From Roseiflexus castenholzii DSM 13941 (lineage in GTDB: Bacteria; Chloroflexota; Chloroflexia; Chloroflexales; Roseiflexaceae): a DNA stretch of 32,000 nucleotides. The stretch covers positions 5,444,368-5,476,367 of the forward strand of contig NC_009767.1 in the NCBI RefSeq assembly GCF_000017805.1, in the 5' to 3' direction. This document shows positions 9,204-18,606 of this stretch, piece by piece. Each line of letters opens with the position of its first letter. Position 1 is the first letter of the stretch. The notes under the pieces are model-generated. The model was given only the letters and a program-made list of their open reading frames with translations. It searched no databases and was not told where the DNA came from. The position numbers and the translations under genes are program-made.

Positions 9204-9245
9204 GTTCTCAATTCTTAGTTCTCAGTTCTCAGTTCTCAGTTCTCA
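9204..9245 (+). repeat. Heptamer tandem repeat (GTTCTCA)x6 abutting the menF start codon
   Basis: gttctca attctta gttctca gttctca gttctca gttctca, followed directly by ATG 9246. No GGAGG-type SD is visible. Confidence 0.9.
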
Positions 9246-10706
9246 ATGACCAAACCCTTCCAACAACACTATGGTCGCCTGATCAGCCTGAGCATGCCGT
9301 GCCCTGGCGTGTCTCCCGCCGATCTGTTGCGCCATGCGCGCGGGCAGCCGCGATCATTCTGGGAGAGCGCCCGCGATGGGGTGGCGTTCGCCGGGATGGG
9401 GATCGCGGTCGAACTGATGGCGTGGGGCGCCAATCGTTTTGTCGAAATCGAGCAGCAGGCGCGCGCGCTGTTCGAGAACGCCGTCATGCTCGATGAGCGT
9501 GAGCCGCTGGCGGCGCCACGTCTCTTTGGCGGCTTTGCGTTCCACAACGATTTCGTGCCCGATCTGGCATGGGCTGATTTCCCGCCAGCACATTTTGTGC
9601 TGCCACACTACCAACTGGTGCGCGTTCGCGATTCGTTCTGGTTGACGCTGAACGTCCACGCGCCACCTGGCGAGGACCCGCGCGCGCTAGCGCCCGACTT
9701 GCGCGAGGCGCTGCTGGCGCAGGTCGATGCGCTTCAGAGCGAGCCGCCGCCACTGCCGCCGCGTTCGTCGGCGCGCCTTGCATATCCCATGCCGTTCGAG
9801 CAGTGGGCGCGCAGTGTGGAACGGATTGTCCGGCAGATCAACGTCGGTGAATTGAAGAAGGTCGTGCTGGCGCGGATTGCCGAGGCATCGTTCGACGCGC
9901 CGGTGGATGTCGATAGCGCCCTGGCGTGTCTGGCACAGCGCTACCCCGACACGTATCGCTTTCTCTTTGAGCCGCGTCCGGGGCGCGCATTCTTCGGCGC
10001 AACGCCGGAATTGCTGGCGCAGGTGAACGGCGACCGGGTGACGACAATGGCGCTGGCAGGCAGCATCCGGCGTGGCGCAACACCCGATGAAGATGAGCGT
10101 CTTGCTTTGGCGCTGCTCGATAGCGCAAAGGATCGCCACGAGCATCAGATTGTGGTCGATGAGGTGCGCAATCGTCTGGCGTCGCTGACCAGGCGCCTGG
10201 ATGTGGGAGCAACTGATGTGATGCGGTTGAGCAATATTCAGCACCTGCACACGCCAATCAGTGGCGTACTGCGCGAGCCACGCGGCATTCTGCCGATCAT
10301 TGCGACGCTCCACCCAACGCCTGCGCTCGGCGGTGAGCCGCGCGCGGCGGCGATGCGCCTGATCGCCGAACTGGAACCGGCGCCGCGTGGCTGGTATGCT
10401 GCGCCCGTCGGCTGGATCGACCGGCGCCTGGATGGGCAGTTCGGGGTTGCCATTCGCTCGGCAGTGGTACAGGCGACCCGCGCCTGGTTGTACGCCGGCG
10501 CCGGTATCGTTGCCGCAAGCGATCCGCAACGCGAGTGGGACGAAACGAACCTTAAGTTCCGTCCGATGCTCGAGGGGTTGGGGCACACGGATCGCCACGG
10601 GTTGGGGCACCTGGTAGGGACACGGATCGCCACGGATACGACGGATCGCCACGGGTTGGGGCACACGGATCGCCACGGATACGACGGATCGCCACAGATT
10701 AAGTAA
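9246..10706 (+). CDS. menF: Isochorismate synthase (menaquinone-specific), with a repeat-encoded C-terminal tail
   Basis: Chorismate-binding blocks: LAGSIRRGATPDEDERLALALLDSAKDRHEHQIVV, LHPTPALGGEPR, RGWYAAPVGW, AIRSAV, AGAGIVAASDPQREWDETNLKF. Clustered with menD/B/E. The last ~41 codons (GHTDRHGLGH...) are read from the ACGGAT repeat element. Confidence 0.88.
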   Translation: MTKPFQQHYGRLISLSMPCPGVSPADLLRHARGQPRSFWESARDGVAFAGMGIAVELMAWGANRFVEIEQQARALFENAVMLDEREPLAAPRLFGGFAFHNDFVPDLAWADFPPAHFVLPHYQLVRVRDSFWLTLNVHAPPGEDPRALAPDLREALLAQVDALQSEPPPLPPRSSARLAYPMPFEQWARSVERIVRQINVGELKKVVLARIAEASFDAPVDVDSALACLAQRYPDTYRFLFEPRPGRAFFGATPELLAQVNGDRVTTMALAGSIRRGATPDEDERLALALLDSAKDRHEHQIVVDEVRNRLASLTRRLDVGATDVMRLSNIQHLHTPISGVLREPRGILPIIATLHPTPALGGEPRAAAMRLIAELEPAPRGWYAAPVGWIDRRLDGQFGVAIRSAVVQATRAWLYAGAGIVAASDPQREWDETNLKFRPMLEGLGHTDRHGLGHLVGTRIATDTTDRHGLGHTDRHGYDGSPQIK

Positions 10707-11010
10707 CTCAATAATCCGTGGCCATCCGTACCATCCGTCTCTATCCGTGTCCTATTCTATTCAGCACACGGATCGCCACGGGTTGGGGCACCTGGTAGGG
10801 ACACAGATCGCCACGGATACGACGGATCGCCACGGGTTAATAACTTAATCATCCGTGGACATCCGTACCATCCGCGTCCATCCGTGTCCTATGCGCAACA
10901 ACCCGTGGCCATCCGTACCATCCGCGTCCTATGCTATCCAACACCCTGGCCGGCACGAGTTGGGAAGGACACGGATCGCCATAGATTGTGACCGATGCAC
11001 GTGGATAGGA
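10576..11010. repeat. ACGGAT-rich composite inverted-repeat elements (about 2 full copies plus fragments)
   Basis: Arms ACGGATCGCCACGG(ATACG)ACGGATCGCCAC face CCGTGGCCATCCGTACCATCCGT across AT-rich loops (ATTAAGTAACTCAATAAT; TTAATAACTTAATCAT). GGGTTGGGGCACCTGGTAGGGACAC is duplicated at ~10596 and ~10780. Confidence 0.8.
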
Positions 11011-11019
11011 CTTGCAGTC

Positions 11020-11068
11020 GTTCCCGGTTCTCAGTTCTCAGTTCTCGGTTCTCAGTTCCTGGTTCTCG
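11020..11068 (+). repeat. Heptamer tandem repeat (GTTCTCA-like x7) abutting the menD start codon
   Basis: gttcccg gttctca gttctca gttctcg gttctca gttcctg gttctcg, then tcc and ATG 11072. Confidence 0.9.
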
Positions 11069-11071
11069 TCC

Positions 11072-12814
11072 ATGCCCAATCGCAACATCCTGTACGCAAC
11101 GACACTGGTTGATGAACTCGCCCGCGCCGGGTTGCGCCATGTTTGCCTGGCGCCAGGCTCGCGCAATACGCCGCTGGTGCTGGCATTCGCCCGGCACCCT
11201 GCGATCCGGGTCTTTTCGCACCTGGACGAGCGCAGCGCGGCGTTCTTTGCGCTCGGCCTTGCGCTGGCGACCGATACGCCTGCCGCCGTGGTCTGCACCT
11301 CCGGTTCGGCAGCGGCGAATTTCTTCCCGGCGATTGTCGAGGCGCATCAGGCAGGTGTGCCACTCCTGGCGCTGACAGCGGATCGCCCGCATGAATTGCG
11401 CGACAGCGGCGCCAACCAGACGATTGATCAGGTGAAGATGTTTGGCAGTTTTGCGCGCTGGAGCGTTGATGTGGCGTTGCCGGAGGCGATGCCGCCTCCA
11501 GTTGCGCTACGCAACCTGCGGACGCTGGCAGCGCGCGCGATGGCGATTGCTGGCGGCGAGCCACGCGGCGTCGTGCATCTGAACCTGCCGTTCCGTCCGC
11601 CGCTGGAGCCAACCCCAATGCCAGGCGATCTGACCGAGCCTCCGGCGGCGGCACAGCCGCGTGACGATGGAGCGCCATACACATGCTTCCTGCGGTCTGC
11701 ACCCCCGGCGCCGCCGGAAGCGGTTATCGAACCGATCGCTGCCGTTCTGGAACAGCACGAACGCGGTCTGATCGTCTGCGGTCCGCGTTGCCCTGGCGGG
11801 GCATTTGGCGCCCTGGTGAGCGAACTGTCGCAGCGCACCGGCTACCCGGCGCTGGTTGACGGCGTGTCGGGGGTGCGCTTCGGCTATCCCGGCGTGATCG
11901 GCGGGTATGAGACCTTCCTCTTCGGCGAGCATGCCTTCCCGCCGCCTGAAGTCGTGCTGCGGTTTGGCGCGGTCCTCACCTCGAAATGGCTCAATCAGTA
12001 CCTCGACACGGCGGCATCGCCGGTTGTCATCCATGTGCGCGCCAGTGGCGTATGGGCAGATGATAGCCATCGCGTGAGCCATTTCGTCGTGGCTGACGAA
12101 GCCGCCTTCATTCGCGCGCTGATCCCGCGCCTGACCGAACGTCAGAGCGCCTGGAGGCAGCGTTTCGTCGAAGCGGAAGCGCGAGTGTGGGCAGCCGTTG
12201 AAGCCGGGATCGCCGATGAGCCGTACTTTGATGGCGGCGCAGTGTATGACGTGATCGACCTGTTGCCCGAAGGTGCATCGCTTTTCGTTGGCAACAGTCT
12301 GCCGGTGCGCCATCTTGATCAGTTTGGGAAGCCGGGAGTGCGACATATTTGCGCATTTGCAAACCGTGGCGCATCTGGGATTGACGGGAATATCTCGACG
12401 GCGCTTGGCATCGGCGCAGGACGACCAGACGCGCCGCTGGCGGCGATTGTTGGCGACATTACGTTCTACCACGATATGAACGGTCTGCTGGCAGTGCGGC
12501 GCTGCGGCGTTCCGGCGACGATTGTGCTGCTCAATAACGACGGTGGCGGCATTTTTCATCGTCTGCCGATCAATCGGTTTGAGCCGGAATTCACCGACTA
12601 TTTCGTGACGCCGCACGGACTGGACTTTGCACACGCGGCGAAGATGTACGGTCTGGAGTATGTTCCGGTAAAGGATCGCACAGCGTTCCGTAGCGCCTTC
12701 CGTGCCAGCATCGACGCGCGCGCCGCAACACTCATCGAACTCCGCACGGACGCGCGCACCGATCTGGTGCGGAGAAACGCCCTGATCCAGGCAGCCAGGG
12801 CGACAGGCGCCTGA
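11072..12814 (+). CDS. menD: 2-succinyl-5-enolpyruvyl-6-hydroxy-3-cyclohexene-1-carboxylate (SEPHCHC) synthase
   Basis: N-terminus MPNRNILYATTLVDELARAGLRHVCLAPGSRNTPL is typical MenD. ThDP-binding block GDITFYHDMNGLL...LLNNDGGGIF. The track start 11012 only reads through the heptamer tract. Confidence 0.92.
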   Translation: MPNRNILYATTLVDELARAGLRHVCLAPGSRNTPLVLAFARHPAIRVFSHLDERSAAFFALGLALATDTPAAVVCTSGSAAANFFPAIVEAHQAGVPLLALTADRPHELRDSGANQTIDQVKMFGSFARWSVDVALPEAMPPPVALRNLRTLAARAMAIAGGEPRGVVHLNLPFRPPLEPTPMPGDLTEPPAAAQPRDDGAPYTCFLRSAPPAPPEAVIEPIAAVLEQHERGLIVCGPRCPGGAFGALVSELSQRTGYPALVDGVSGVRFGYPGVIGGYETFLFGEHAFPPPEVVLRFGAVLTSKWLNQYLDTAASPVVIHVRASGVWADDSHRVSHFVVADEAAFIRALIPRLTERQSAWRQRFVEAEARVWAAVEAGIADEPYFDGGAVYDVIDLLPEGASLFVGNSLPVRHLDQFGKPGVRHICAFANRGASGIDGNISTALGIGAGRPDAPLAAIVGDITFYHDMNGLLAVRRCGVPATIVLLNNDGGGIFHRLPINRFEPEFTDYFVTPHGLDFAHAAKMYGLEYVPVKDRTAFRSAFRASIDARAATLIELRTDARTDLVRRNALIQAARATGA

Positions 12815-12912
12815 GCATTATCAGACGCCAGTGCGATGCGCCGACACTCCTGTACTCGGAACGCTGTTGCACCGCAATGGCGCTGCTACCAAAACGATAA
12901 GGAGGAAAACAC

Positions 12913-13776
12913 ATGGCACGTTTTACACCCACACTCTCATCGCTGGTCGAATGGACCGAGGTCAAGGAATACGAAGACATTACCTTCCACATCGGCGGCG
13001 GAATCGCGCGCATCGCCTTCAATCGCCCCGAAATCCGCAACGCTTTCCGCCCGAAAACAATCGACGAAATGACCGAAGCATTTCTGACCGCCTGGCACAA
13101 CCAGGAAGTCGGCGTCGTCATCCTGACCGGCAACGGTCCAAGCCCGAAGGATGGGAAATACGCCTTTTGCTCCGGCGGTGACCAGACGGTTCGGGGACAG
13201 GCGGGGTATGTCGACGATGAGGGTGTCGCTCGGCTGAATGTGCTGCAACTGCAACGTTACATCCGCACCATGCCGAAGCCGGTGATCGCGGCGGTCGCCG
13301 GATATGCGATTGGCGGCGGGCACGTGCTGCATGTCATCTGCGACCTGACGATTGCGGCGGACAATGCCATCTTCGGGCAGACCGGTCCAATCGTCGGGAG
13401 TTTCGACGCCGGGTTTGGTTCGAGTTATCTGGCGGCAATCGTCGGGCAAAAGAAGGCGCGTGAAATCTGGTACCTCTGCCGACAGTACAATGCGCAACAG
13501 GCGCTGGAGATGGGGCTGGTCAACACCATTGTGCCGGTGGATGAACTGGAGAATGAGGCGGTGCGCTGGGCGCAGGAGATTCTGGAGAAGAGTCCGATTG
13601 CCATCCGCTTCCTCAAGGCAGGCTTCAACGCCGACCTCGACGGTCAGACCGGCATTCAGGTGCTGGCCGGCGATGCGACCATGCTCTTCTACATGACGGA
13701 GGAGGGGAACGAGGGCAGGAAAGCCTACCTGGAAAAGCGCAAACCTGATTTCTCGAAGTTCCCCCGCCGTCCATGA
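12913..13776 (+). CDS. menB: 1,4-dihydroxy-2-naphthoyl-CoA synthase
   Basis: Crotonase fold with MenB-specific blocks: [82 protein letters not shown] upstream. Confidence 0.95.
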   Translation: MARFTPTLSSLVEWTEVKEYEDITFHIGGGIARIAFNRPEIRNAFRPKTIDEMTEAFLTAWHNQEVGVVILTGNGPSPKDGKYAFCSGGDQTVRGQAGYVDDEGVARLNVLQLQRYIRTMPKPVIAAVAGYAIGGGHVLHVICDLTIAADNAIFGQTGPIVGSFDAGFGSSYLAAIVGQKKAREIWYLCRQYNAQQALEMGLVNTIVPVDELENEAVRWAQEILEKSPIAIRFLKAGFNADLDGQTGIQVLAGDATMLFYMTEEGNEGRKAYLEKRKPDFSKFPRRP

Positions 13777-15248
13777 TGCGCGATTGGCTCTCGGCGCAGG
13801 CGCAGGCGCGTCCCGAAGGTGCGGCGCTGATCATCGGCGACACAACACTGACGTACCGCGCTCTGCACGAGCAAACGGCGACGTTCGCTTCCCGCCTCGC
13901 TGCGGCTGGCGTCGAGCAAGGCGCGGTTGTCGGCGTGCTGTTGTCGAATCGTCTCGAAGCGGCGCTGGCGGTGCATGCCGCGCCGCGCCTCGGCGTGACG
14001 CTGGCGCTGTTCAACACCCGCCTGACCCCTGCCGAACTCGATGCGCAGGTGCGCGCAGCAGTGTGTCGCATCCTCGTGTGTGAGCGCGACACGCTGTTGG
14101 CAGCGCTGGCGCTTCCTTCGGCGCCCCATGTGCTGTGCGTCGATCCGGTCGACGACCCACGCCTGACGCCGGTTGACCGGATTTCCGGGGATAGCGCCGC
14201 ATACTGCGAAGGCGCCATCGACCTCGATGCGCCGTTTGTGATGATGTTCACTTCGGGGACAACGGGGACGCCACGGGGAGTAGTGCTGACCTACGGCGCA
14301 TTCTTCGCCAGCGCGATGGCGTCGGCATACCGCATCGGCGTTCTGCCGGGCGACCGCTGGCTCTGTGTGTTGCCACTCTATCACATTGGCGGTCTCAGCA
14401 TTCTGCTGCGGTCCTGCCTCTACGGCACGGCAGTGGATCTCTGGCAACGTTTCGACGCTCCGGCAATCACAGAACGTTTGAAGGCGACACCGATCACACT
14501 CATTTCGCTGGTGCCGACGATGCTCTACCGCCTGCTCGATGACGCTGGCGATGCGCCACCGAACCTGCGGCTCGTGCTGCTTGGCGGAGCTGCTGCGCCA
14601 ACCGATCTGCTGGAGCGCGCACTGGAAGCAGGATGGCCCATTGCCACAACCTACGGGCTGACCGAGGCAGCGTCGCAGGTGGCGACGGCGCTGCCCGACG
14701 AGGTACGGCGCAAGCCCGGCAGCGTCGGGCGACCGCTGATCTTCACCCACGTGCGTGTGACGAACGAACAGGGACGCGACCAACCACCCGGCGTCTACGG
14801 CAACATCCTGGTGCGGGGTCCGACCCTGATGCGCGGATACCTCGGCGAAACGCCGCTCGACGCCGACGCCTGGTTTGCCACCGGAGACATCGGCTATCTC
14901 GACGCCGACGGCGACTTGTGGGTAGTGCAGCGACGCAGCGACCTGATTATCAGCGGCGGGGAGAATATCTATCCGGCGGAAGTCGAACAGGCGCTGCGCC
15001 AGCACCCCGCAGTCGCCGATGTTGCAGTCGTTGGCGTGCCATCAGCGGAGTGGGGGCAGCAGGTCGGCGCTGCCATCGTCCTGCGCGACCCATCGGTGAG
15101 CGTCGAAGCAATCCTGGCGTTCAGCCGCACTCGTCTGGCGGGATACAAACAACCGCGCGTCGTTCGCATCGTCGCTGAGTTGCCGCGCACCGCATCGGGA
15201 AAGATTCAGCGGGAAGCGGTGATCAATCTGTTGAAGGTTGCAGGTTAA
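13773..15248 (+). CDS. menE: o-Succinylbenzoate-CoA ligase (AMP-binding family)
   Basis: AMP-binding motif [14 protein letters not shown], then [42 protein letters not shown] and the C-terminal [12 protein letters not shown] overlap with menB. The menE assignment rests on family plus operon context. Confidence 0.82.
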   Translation: MMRDWLSAQAQARPEGAALIIGDTTLTYRALHEQTATFASRLAAAGVEQGAVVGVLLSNRLEAALAVHAAPRLGVTLALFNTRLTPAELDAQVRAAVCRILVCERDTLLAALALPSAPHVLCVDPVDDPRLTPVDRISGDSAAYCEGAIDLDAPFVMMFTSGTTGTPRGVVLTYGAFFASAMASAYRIGVLPGDRWLCVLPLYHIGGLSILLRSCLYGTAVDLWQRFDAPAITERLKATPITLISLVPTMLYRLLDDAGDAPPNLRLVLLGGAAAPTDLLERALEAGWPIATTYGLTEAASQVATALPDEVRRKPGSVGRPLIFTHVRVTNEQGRDQPPGVYGNILVRGPTLMRGYLGETPLDADAWFATGDIGYLDADGDLWVVQRRSDLIISGGENIYPAEVEQALRQHPAVADVAVVGVPSAEWGQQVGAAIVLRDPSVSVEAILAFSRTRLAGYKQPRVVRIVAELPRTASGKIQREAVINLLKVAG

Positions 15249-15370
15249 AGGTTGCGGGACTGAGAACCAGGTTTGATCCGGTGACCCTCACCTCTGACAC
15301 GATGCACCTCACCTGCCCAGCTCGCCGCACGGGGCGACCACTACGAAGACGCCTGTCACCTCGTGGTGAC

Positions 15371-15527
15371 TTATACCGATTACGATTGAAGATGCCGCAT
15401 GCTGGTCATTCCGCGCGCAGCGACGGGTCATGCCGCGCGCAGCGAGGAATCGAAGCGGGTCGTGCAAGACCCCTCGCGCTGCGCGGGGTGACCATGCCGG
15501 ATGTGCACAGGTCATTGGTATTACACC
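15371..15527 (+). repeat. Copy B of the ~160-bp MITE-like element
   Basis: See 4896-5052. Conserved 5' block TTATACCGATTACGATTGAAGATGCCGCATGC and 3' block GGAATCGAAGCGGGTCGTGCAAGACCCCTCGCGCTGCGCGGGGTGACCATGCCGGATGTGCACAGGTCATTGGTATTAC. Internal duplication GTCAT(T/G)CCGCGCGCAGCGA. Confidence 0.6.
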
Positions 15528-15532
15528 CGGAG

Positions 15533-16480
15533 TCACCTGCGCCAGGAAGGAATTGCACACCCGTGATCGTCAGCAAGGACTTCTTCGATAGTGCGTTGGG
15601 CACAACTGACCCCTATGGGATTGGTATACAGATAGTAGGGAATGAAGATCAGCGCCTGAGAAAGCGCCCACCCCCGACCGCGCGCCCATGTCGCCTCATC
15701 CACGCCCAGCGCATCTCGAAACAATTTTCGACCATCCCTGGAGAACAGGTTCCACGCAACCATCAGGTCGCAGGCGGGATCGCCGACGCCAAGCGTTCCG
15801 AAATCGATGACCGCGTGCAACCGTCCCTGCCAGAAAAGAAGATTCCCTGGCAATAAGTCGCCGTGGAACCAGACCGGCGCGCAATCCCATACCGGCGTGC
15901 GCAGCGCGTCTTCCCAAACGACAGTCGCCAGACGCGCGTCGATCATGCCGTCCAGGGCTGTAATCGCCTGACGGGTGGAGGGGTCGCGCAGCGCCAGCGG
16001 CTTGCCGCGCGCCAGATCGTCCGCTCCTGGCGGTGGTCCGTCAGTCGCGTCAATCCGTTGTAACGCGGTGATGAACGCCGCCAGATCGATGGCAGTTTGC
16101 TCCGGATCAGGAAGCGGATCGATCGTCGCGGGATCGCCCTCGATCCACCGGAAGATCGCCCACCGCCAGGGATAATTCTCGTCTGGTTCGCCCTGCGCCA
16201 ACGGGACGGGAATGGCAAACGGCAGATACGGCGCCAGTTTGGGCAGCCAGAGCCATTCCTTGTCGATAAGGTCGGCAGCCCAATTGATGCGCGGCAGGCG
16301 CACCACCAGTTCATCGCCGAGCCGGTAGAGCGCATTGTCGGTTCCGGTGGACGGAACCGGACGCAGCGGCAGGTGCGCCCATCGGGGAAACTGTGCCGCA
16401 ATCAGGCGATAGACAAGCGACAGGGAAATAGTCAGTTCATCGGCGTGCATGCGATTGCTGGTCATGGTCGTTTCAAACAT
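15533..16480 (-). CDS. Aminoglycoside/choline-kinase-like phosphotransferase (APH family)
   Basis: Catalytic-loop and DFG-like motifs WFHGDLLPGNLLF and VIDFGTLGVGDPACDL. 315 aa. Confidence 0.85.
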   Translation of the reverse strand: MFETTMTSNRMHADELTISLSLVYRLIAAQFPRWAHLPLRPVPSTGTDNALYRLGDELVVRLPRINWAADLIDKEWLWLPKLAPYLPFAIPVPLAQGEPDENYPWRWAIFRWIEGDPATIDPLPDPEQTAIDLAAFITALQRIDATDGPPPGADDLARGKPLALRDPSTRQAITALDGMIDARLATVVWEDALRTPVWDCAPVWFHGDLLPGNLLFWQGRLHAVIDFGTLGVGDPACDLMVAWNLFSRDGRKLFRDALGVDEATWARGRGWALSQALIFIPYYLYTNPIGVSCAQRTIEEVLADDHGCAIPSWRR

Positions 16481-16502
16481 AGAACCGGGAACTGAGAACC
16501 GC
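16481..16502 (-). repeat. Heptamer tract abutting the APH start codon (minus-strand orientation)
   Basis: In gene orientation it reads gc ggttctca gttcccg gttct, followed directly by ATG (16480). Confidence 0.75.
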
Positions 16503-16903
16503 AGATCGGGGATTAGTTAGCAGCACATTTCTGCTTATACCTGTCTAACCTTCGATAACGGCCCGGAAAACGCCCCGCACCCCGCCAGTGACCTTCACCG
16601 CGTCCCATTCGCTCCTTACCCGGCAGCCGCGCCGCCGGGGGCAGTGACCAGGAAGACGCCCCGTTCCCTCGCTGATAACGGTCACTACGTTCCATTGCAT
16701 CAATCGATCAGCGATGAAGACTCAAGGGACAGGGGCATCTTCCACCTTCCCCGTTCAAAATGTAACGTGGCTACGGGCGACCGCCATGCACCTGAGCGCG
16801 CCGCTGGCGCGCCCCTACCCGCCGCCCACCGGCGCCCGCCATCCCCCTGAGCACGCTGTTGGCGCACCCCTGCCTGCAACCTTCAACCTCTTGCCCCTCG
16901 CCT

Positions 16904-17203
16904 CTACGTTGACCGCGCCTTTCCTGCCATCGCACCAATCGCCATGCCGATCAGCGCATACGTGATCAGGGAGAGCGGAGCAAGCGGAATGGCGGTCGCC
17001 AGGTCGTTGGTGAGGAGATTCACCGGAAACGCCAGATAGCCGATGGCGCTGTAGGCCGGATCGACGCAATACCAGGGTCCGGGTGCGGCAGGCGGGGCGA
17101 TGCGCAACGGGAGACATTGGGCGGCTATCGCCAGGACACCGCCAAGTATCAGAATGCCGACGACCAGACCGGCAATCGCTCCTCGTTTGGCTGCACTGCT
17201 CAT
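16904..17203 (-). CDS. Small hydrophobic membrane protein (hypothetical)
   Basis: 99 aa with predicted TM segments (AIAGLVVGILILGGVLAIAA; LSLITYALIGMAIGAMAG). GC3-rich codon usage. GGAG 8 nt upstream of the ATG. Confidence 0.5.
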   Translation of the reverse strand: MSSAAKRGAIAGLVVGILILGGVLAIAAQCLPLRIAPPAAPGPWYCVDPAYSAIGYLAFPVNLLTNDLATAIPLAPLSLITYALIGMAIGAMAGKARST

Positions 17204-17390
17204 CTGAATGCTCCATTGCGAAGTGTATCATAGATTGCAACGGCGCTCTTGACCAACGCAAACAAACGCCACATCTACGGTCAATGGACAGCATTTGTTT
17301 CCTGGAAGCCTGTGTTCCCGCGACCATGCAAAGACGAACACGACATCAATCTGCGCGAGGCAATCAAAGAGGCCGCATGCATCGCCGAAT

Positions 17391-18320
17391 ATGACGCTCC
17401 CGCATTCGCGTGATTGCGCGCGCTCGGGATCACTGCGCTGGCGATCTCCGATGATCACCCTGCCTGCCGCGTGGCGCGAAGCGAACATTGCCCTGGCGTT
17501 GGAACAACAGGCAGGCGGCGTGCCAGACGTCAGTTTGCGGCTGTACGACGTCCTCCCCAAACTGGAAACTCTGAACGGCACCCTTGATTCTGCCCGTAGG
17601 ATGGCAGATGACCTGGTTGCCTCCATGCAACGCGGCGGAATCACCAACGCCATAGACCGCGCCCGCGGACTGCGAGCCGAGTTGATGTTCAGGCTGGGCG
17701 ATTGGGCGGCGTTTGAAGCGTATGCGCAGGGGTATCATCCGCCCAAACAGCCGTTGTTCTTTCCCTATCGGCTGGAGACGCTGCTGCAAATCCGTTATCT
17801 GGCGCGGCGAAAGGCTTGGGATGAGAGCCGCCGTCTGATGCAGGAGCAGGCGCGGCTGGCGCGCGCAGCGGGGTATCTCGAATATGAGATGGAACTGCAC
17901 ATCGTCGGCGCGTTGCTGGAACAGGCGGCGGGCAATTCCTCCAACGCCATCCGAATGCTGGCGCGCGCGCTGGAGATTGGCAGGGCGGGCGGCTATGTGC
18001 GTGTTTTTCTCGATGAAGGCGAAGAGATGCGCACCCTGCTGGCGCAATTGCGCAGGGATGATTTTGCGGCGAGCCTGCTGGCGGCGTTTGGCAAGCCCGC
18101 CCATATTGACCAATCTGCCCTGATTGAACCGCTCACCGAGCGCGAGATGGACGTGCTGAAACTGGTTGCCGAAGGACTCTCGAACCCTGAAATTGCAGAA
18201 AAACTGTATCTCTCGGTTGGGACGGTCAAGACGCACGTCAAGCACATTTACGGCAAACTGGGCGTGGATGACCGCGTGACGGCGGCGGGCAAGGCGCGCG
18301 AGTTGGGGTTAATCAACTGA
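17391..18320 (+). CDS. LuxR-family regulator corresponding to the C-terminal third of MalT/LAL-type regulators
   Basis: C-terminal HTH LTEREMDVLKLVAEGLSNPEIAEKLYLSVGTVKTHVKHIYGKLGV. The preceding helical repeats end in GYVRVFLDEGEEMRTLL, as in MalT-like proteins, but there is no NTPase domain. Start uncertain (ATG 17391 or 17451; the ORF is open from 17295). Confidence 0.75.
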   Translation: MTLPHSRDCARSGSLRWRSPMITLPAAWREANIALALEQQAGGVPDVSLRLYDVLPKLETLNGTLDSARRMADDLVASMQRGGITNAIDRARGLRAELMFRLGDWAAFEAYAQGYHPPKQPLFFPYRLETLLQIRYLARRKAWDESRRLMQEQARLARAAGYLEYEMELHIVGALLEQAAGNSSNAIRMLARALEIGRAGGYVRVFLDEGEEMRTLLAQLRRDDFAASLLAAFGKPAHIDQSALIEPLTEREMDVLKLVAEGLSNPEIAEKLYLSVGTVKTHVKHIYGKLGVDDRVTAAGKARELGLIN

Positions 18321-18332
18321 CGGTCCACAAAG

Positions 18333-18598
18333 TGGCGCGAGACATTATCTCCGTAGGGGGGGTATCTCGTGTCGTAGCGCGCCATTCATGTCGCGTTTAG
18401 GGCGACATAAATGGCGCAATACGGTCGCGGTACGGTCGCAGTATCGGCGTAGCGCGCCATTCATGTCGCGTTTAGGGCGACATAAATGGCGCAATACGGT
18501 CGCGGTACGGTCGCAGTATCGGCGTAGCGCGCCATTCATGTCGCGTTTAGGGCGACATAAATGGCGCAATACGGTCGCGGTACAATTTCAATCGTAGG
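18333..18598 (+). repeat. REP-like array upstream of the RAYT gene (one degenerate unit plus 3 x 75-bp tandem units)
   Basis: GTAG at 18374, 18449 and 18524 (period 75). Each unit, GTAGCGCGCCATTCATGTCGC-GTTTAGG-GCGACATAAATGGCGC, folds as a 16-bp stem (1 mismatch) with a 7-nt loop, followed by AATACGGTCGCGGTACGGTCGCAGTATCGGC. Confidence 0.9.
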
Positions 18599-18606
18599 TT
18601 TTTTCC

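Noticed and set aside
9687-15005. Long antisense ORFs opposite menF, menD and menE (9687-10676, 11507-12634, 13725-15005).
   Set aside because: The sense-strand products carry unambiguous MenF, MenD and MenE motifs. The antisense translations are Arg-rich and motif-free.
16782-16878. Two ~45-bp similar segments (CGCCAT..CCTGAGC.CGC..TGGCGC.CCCCT.CC), one containing the GCGCGCC-GCT-GGCGCGC palindrome.
   Set aside because: There are only two imperfect copies, adjacent to each other, with no link to the other repeat families. Evidence is insufficient for more than a local duplication.
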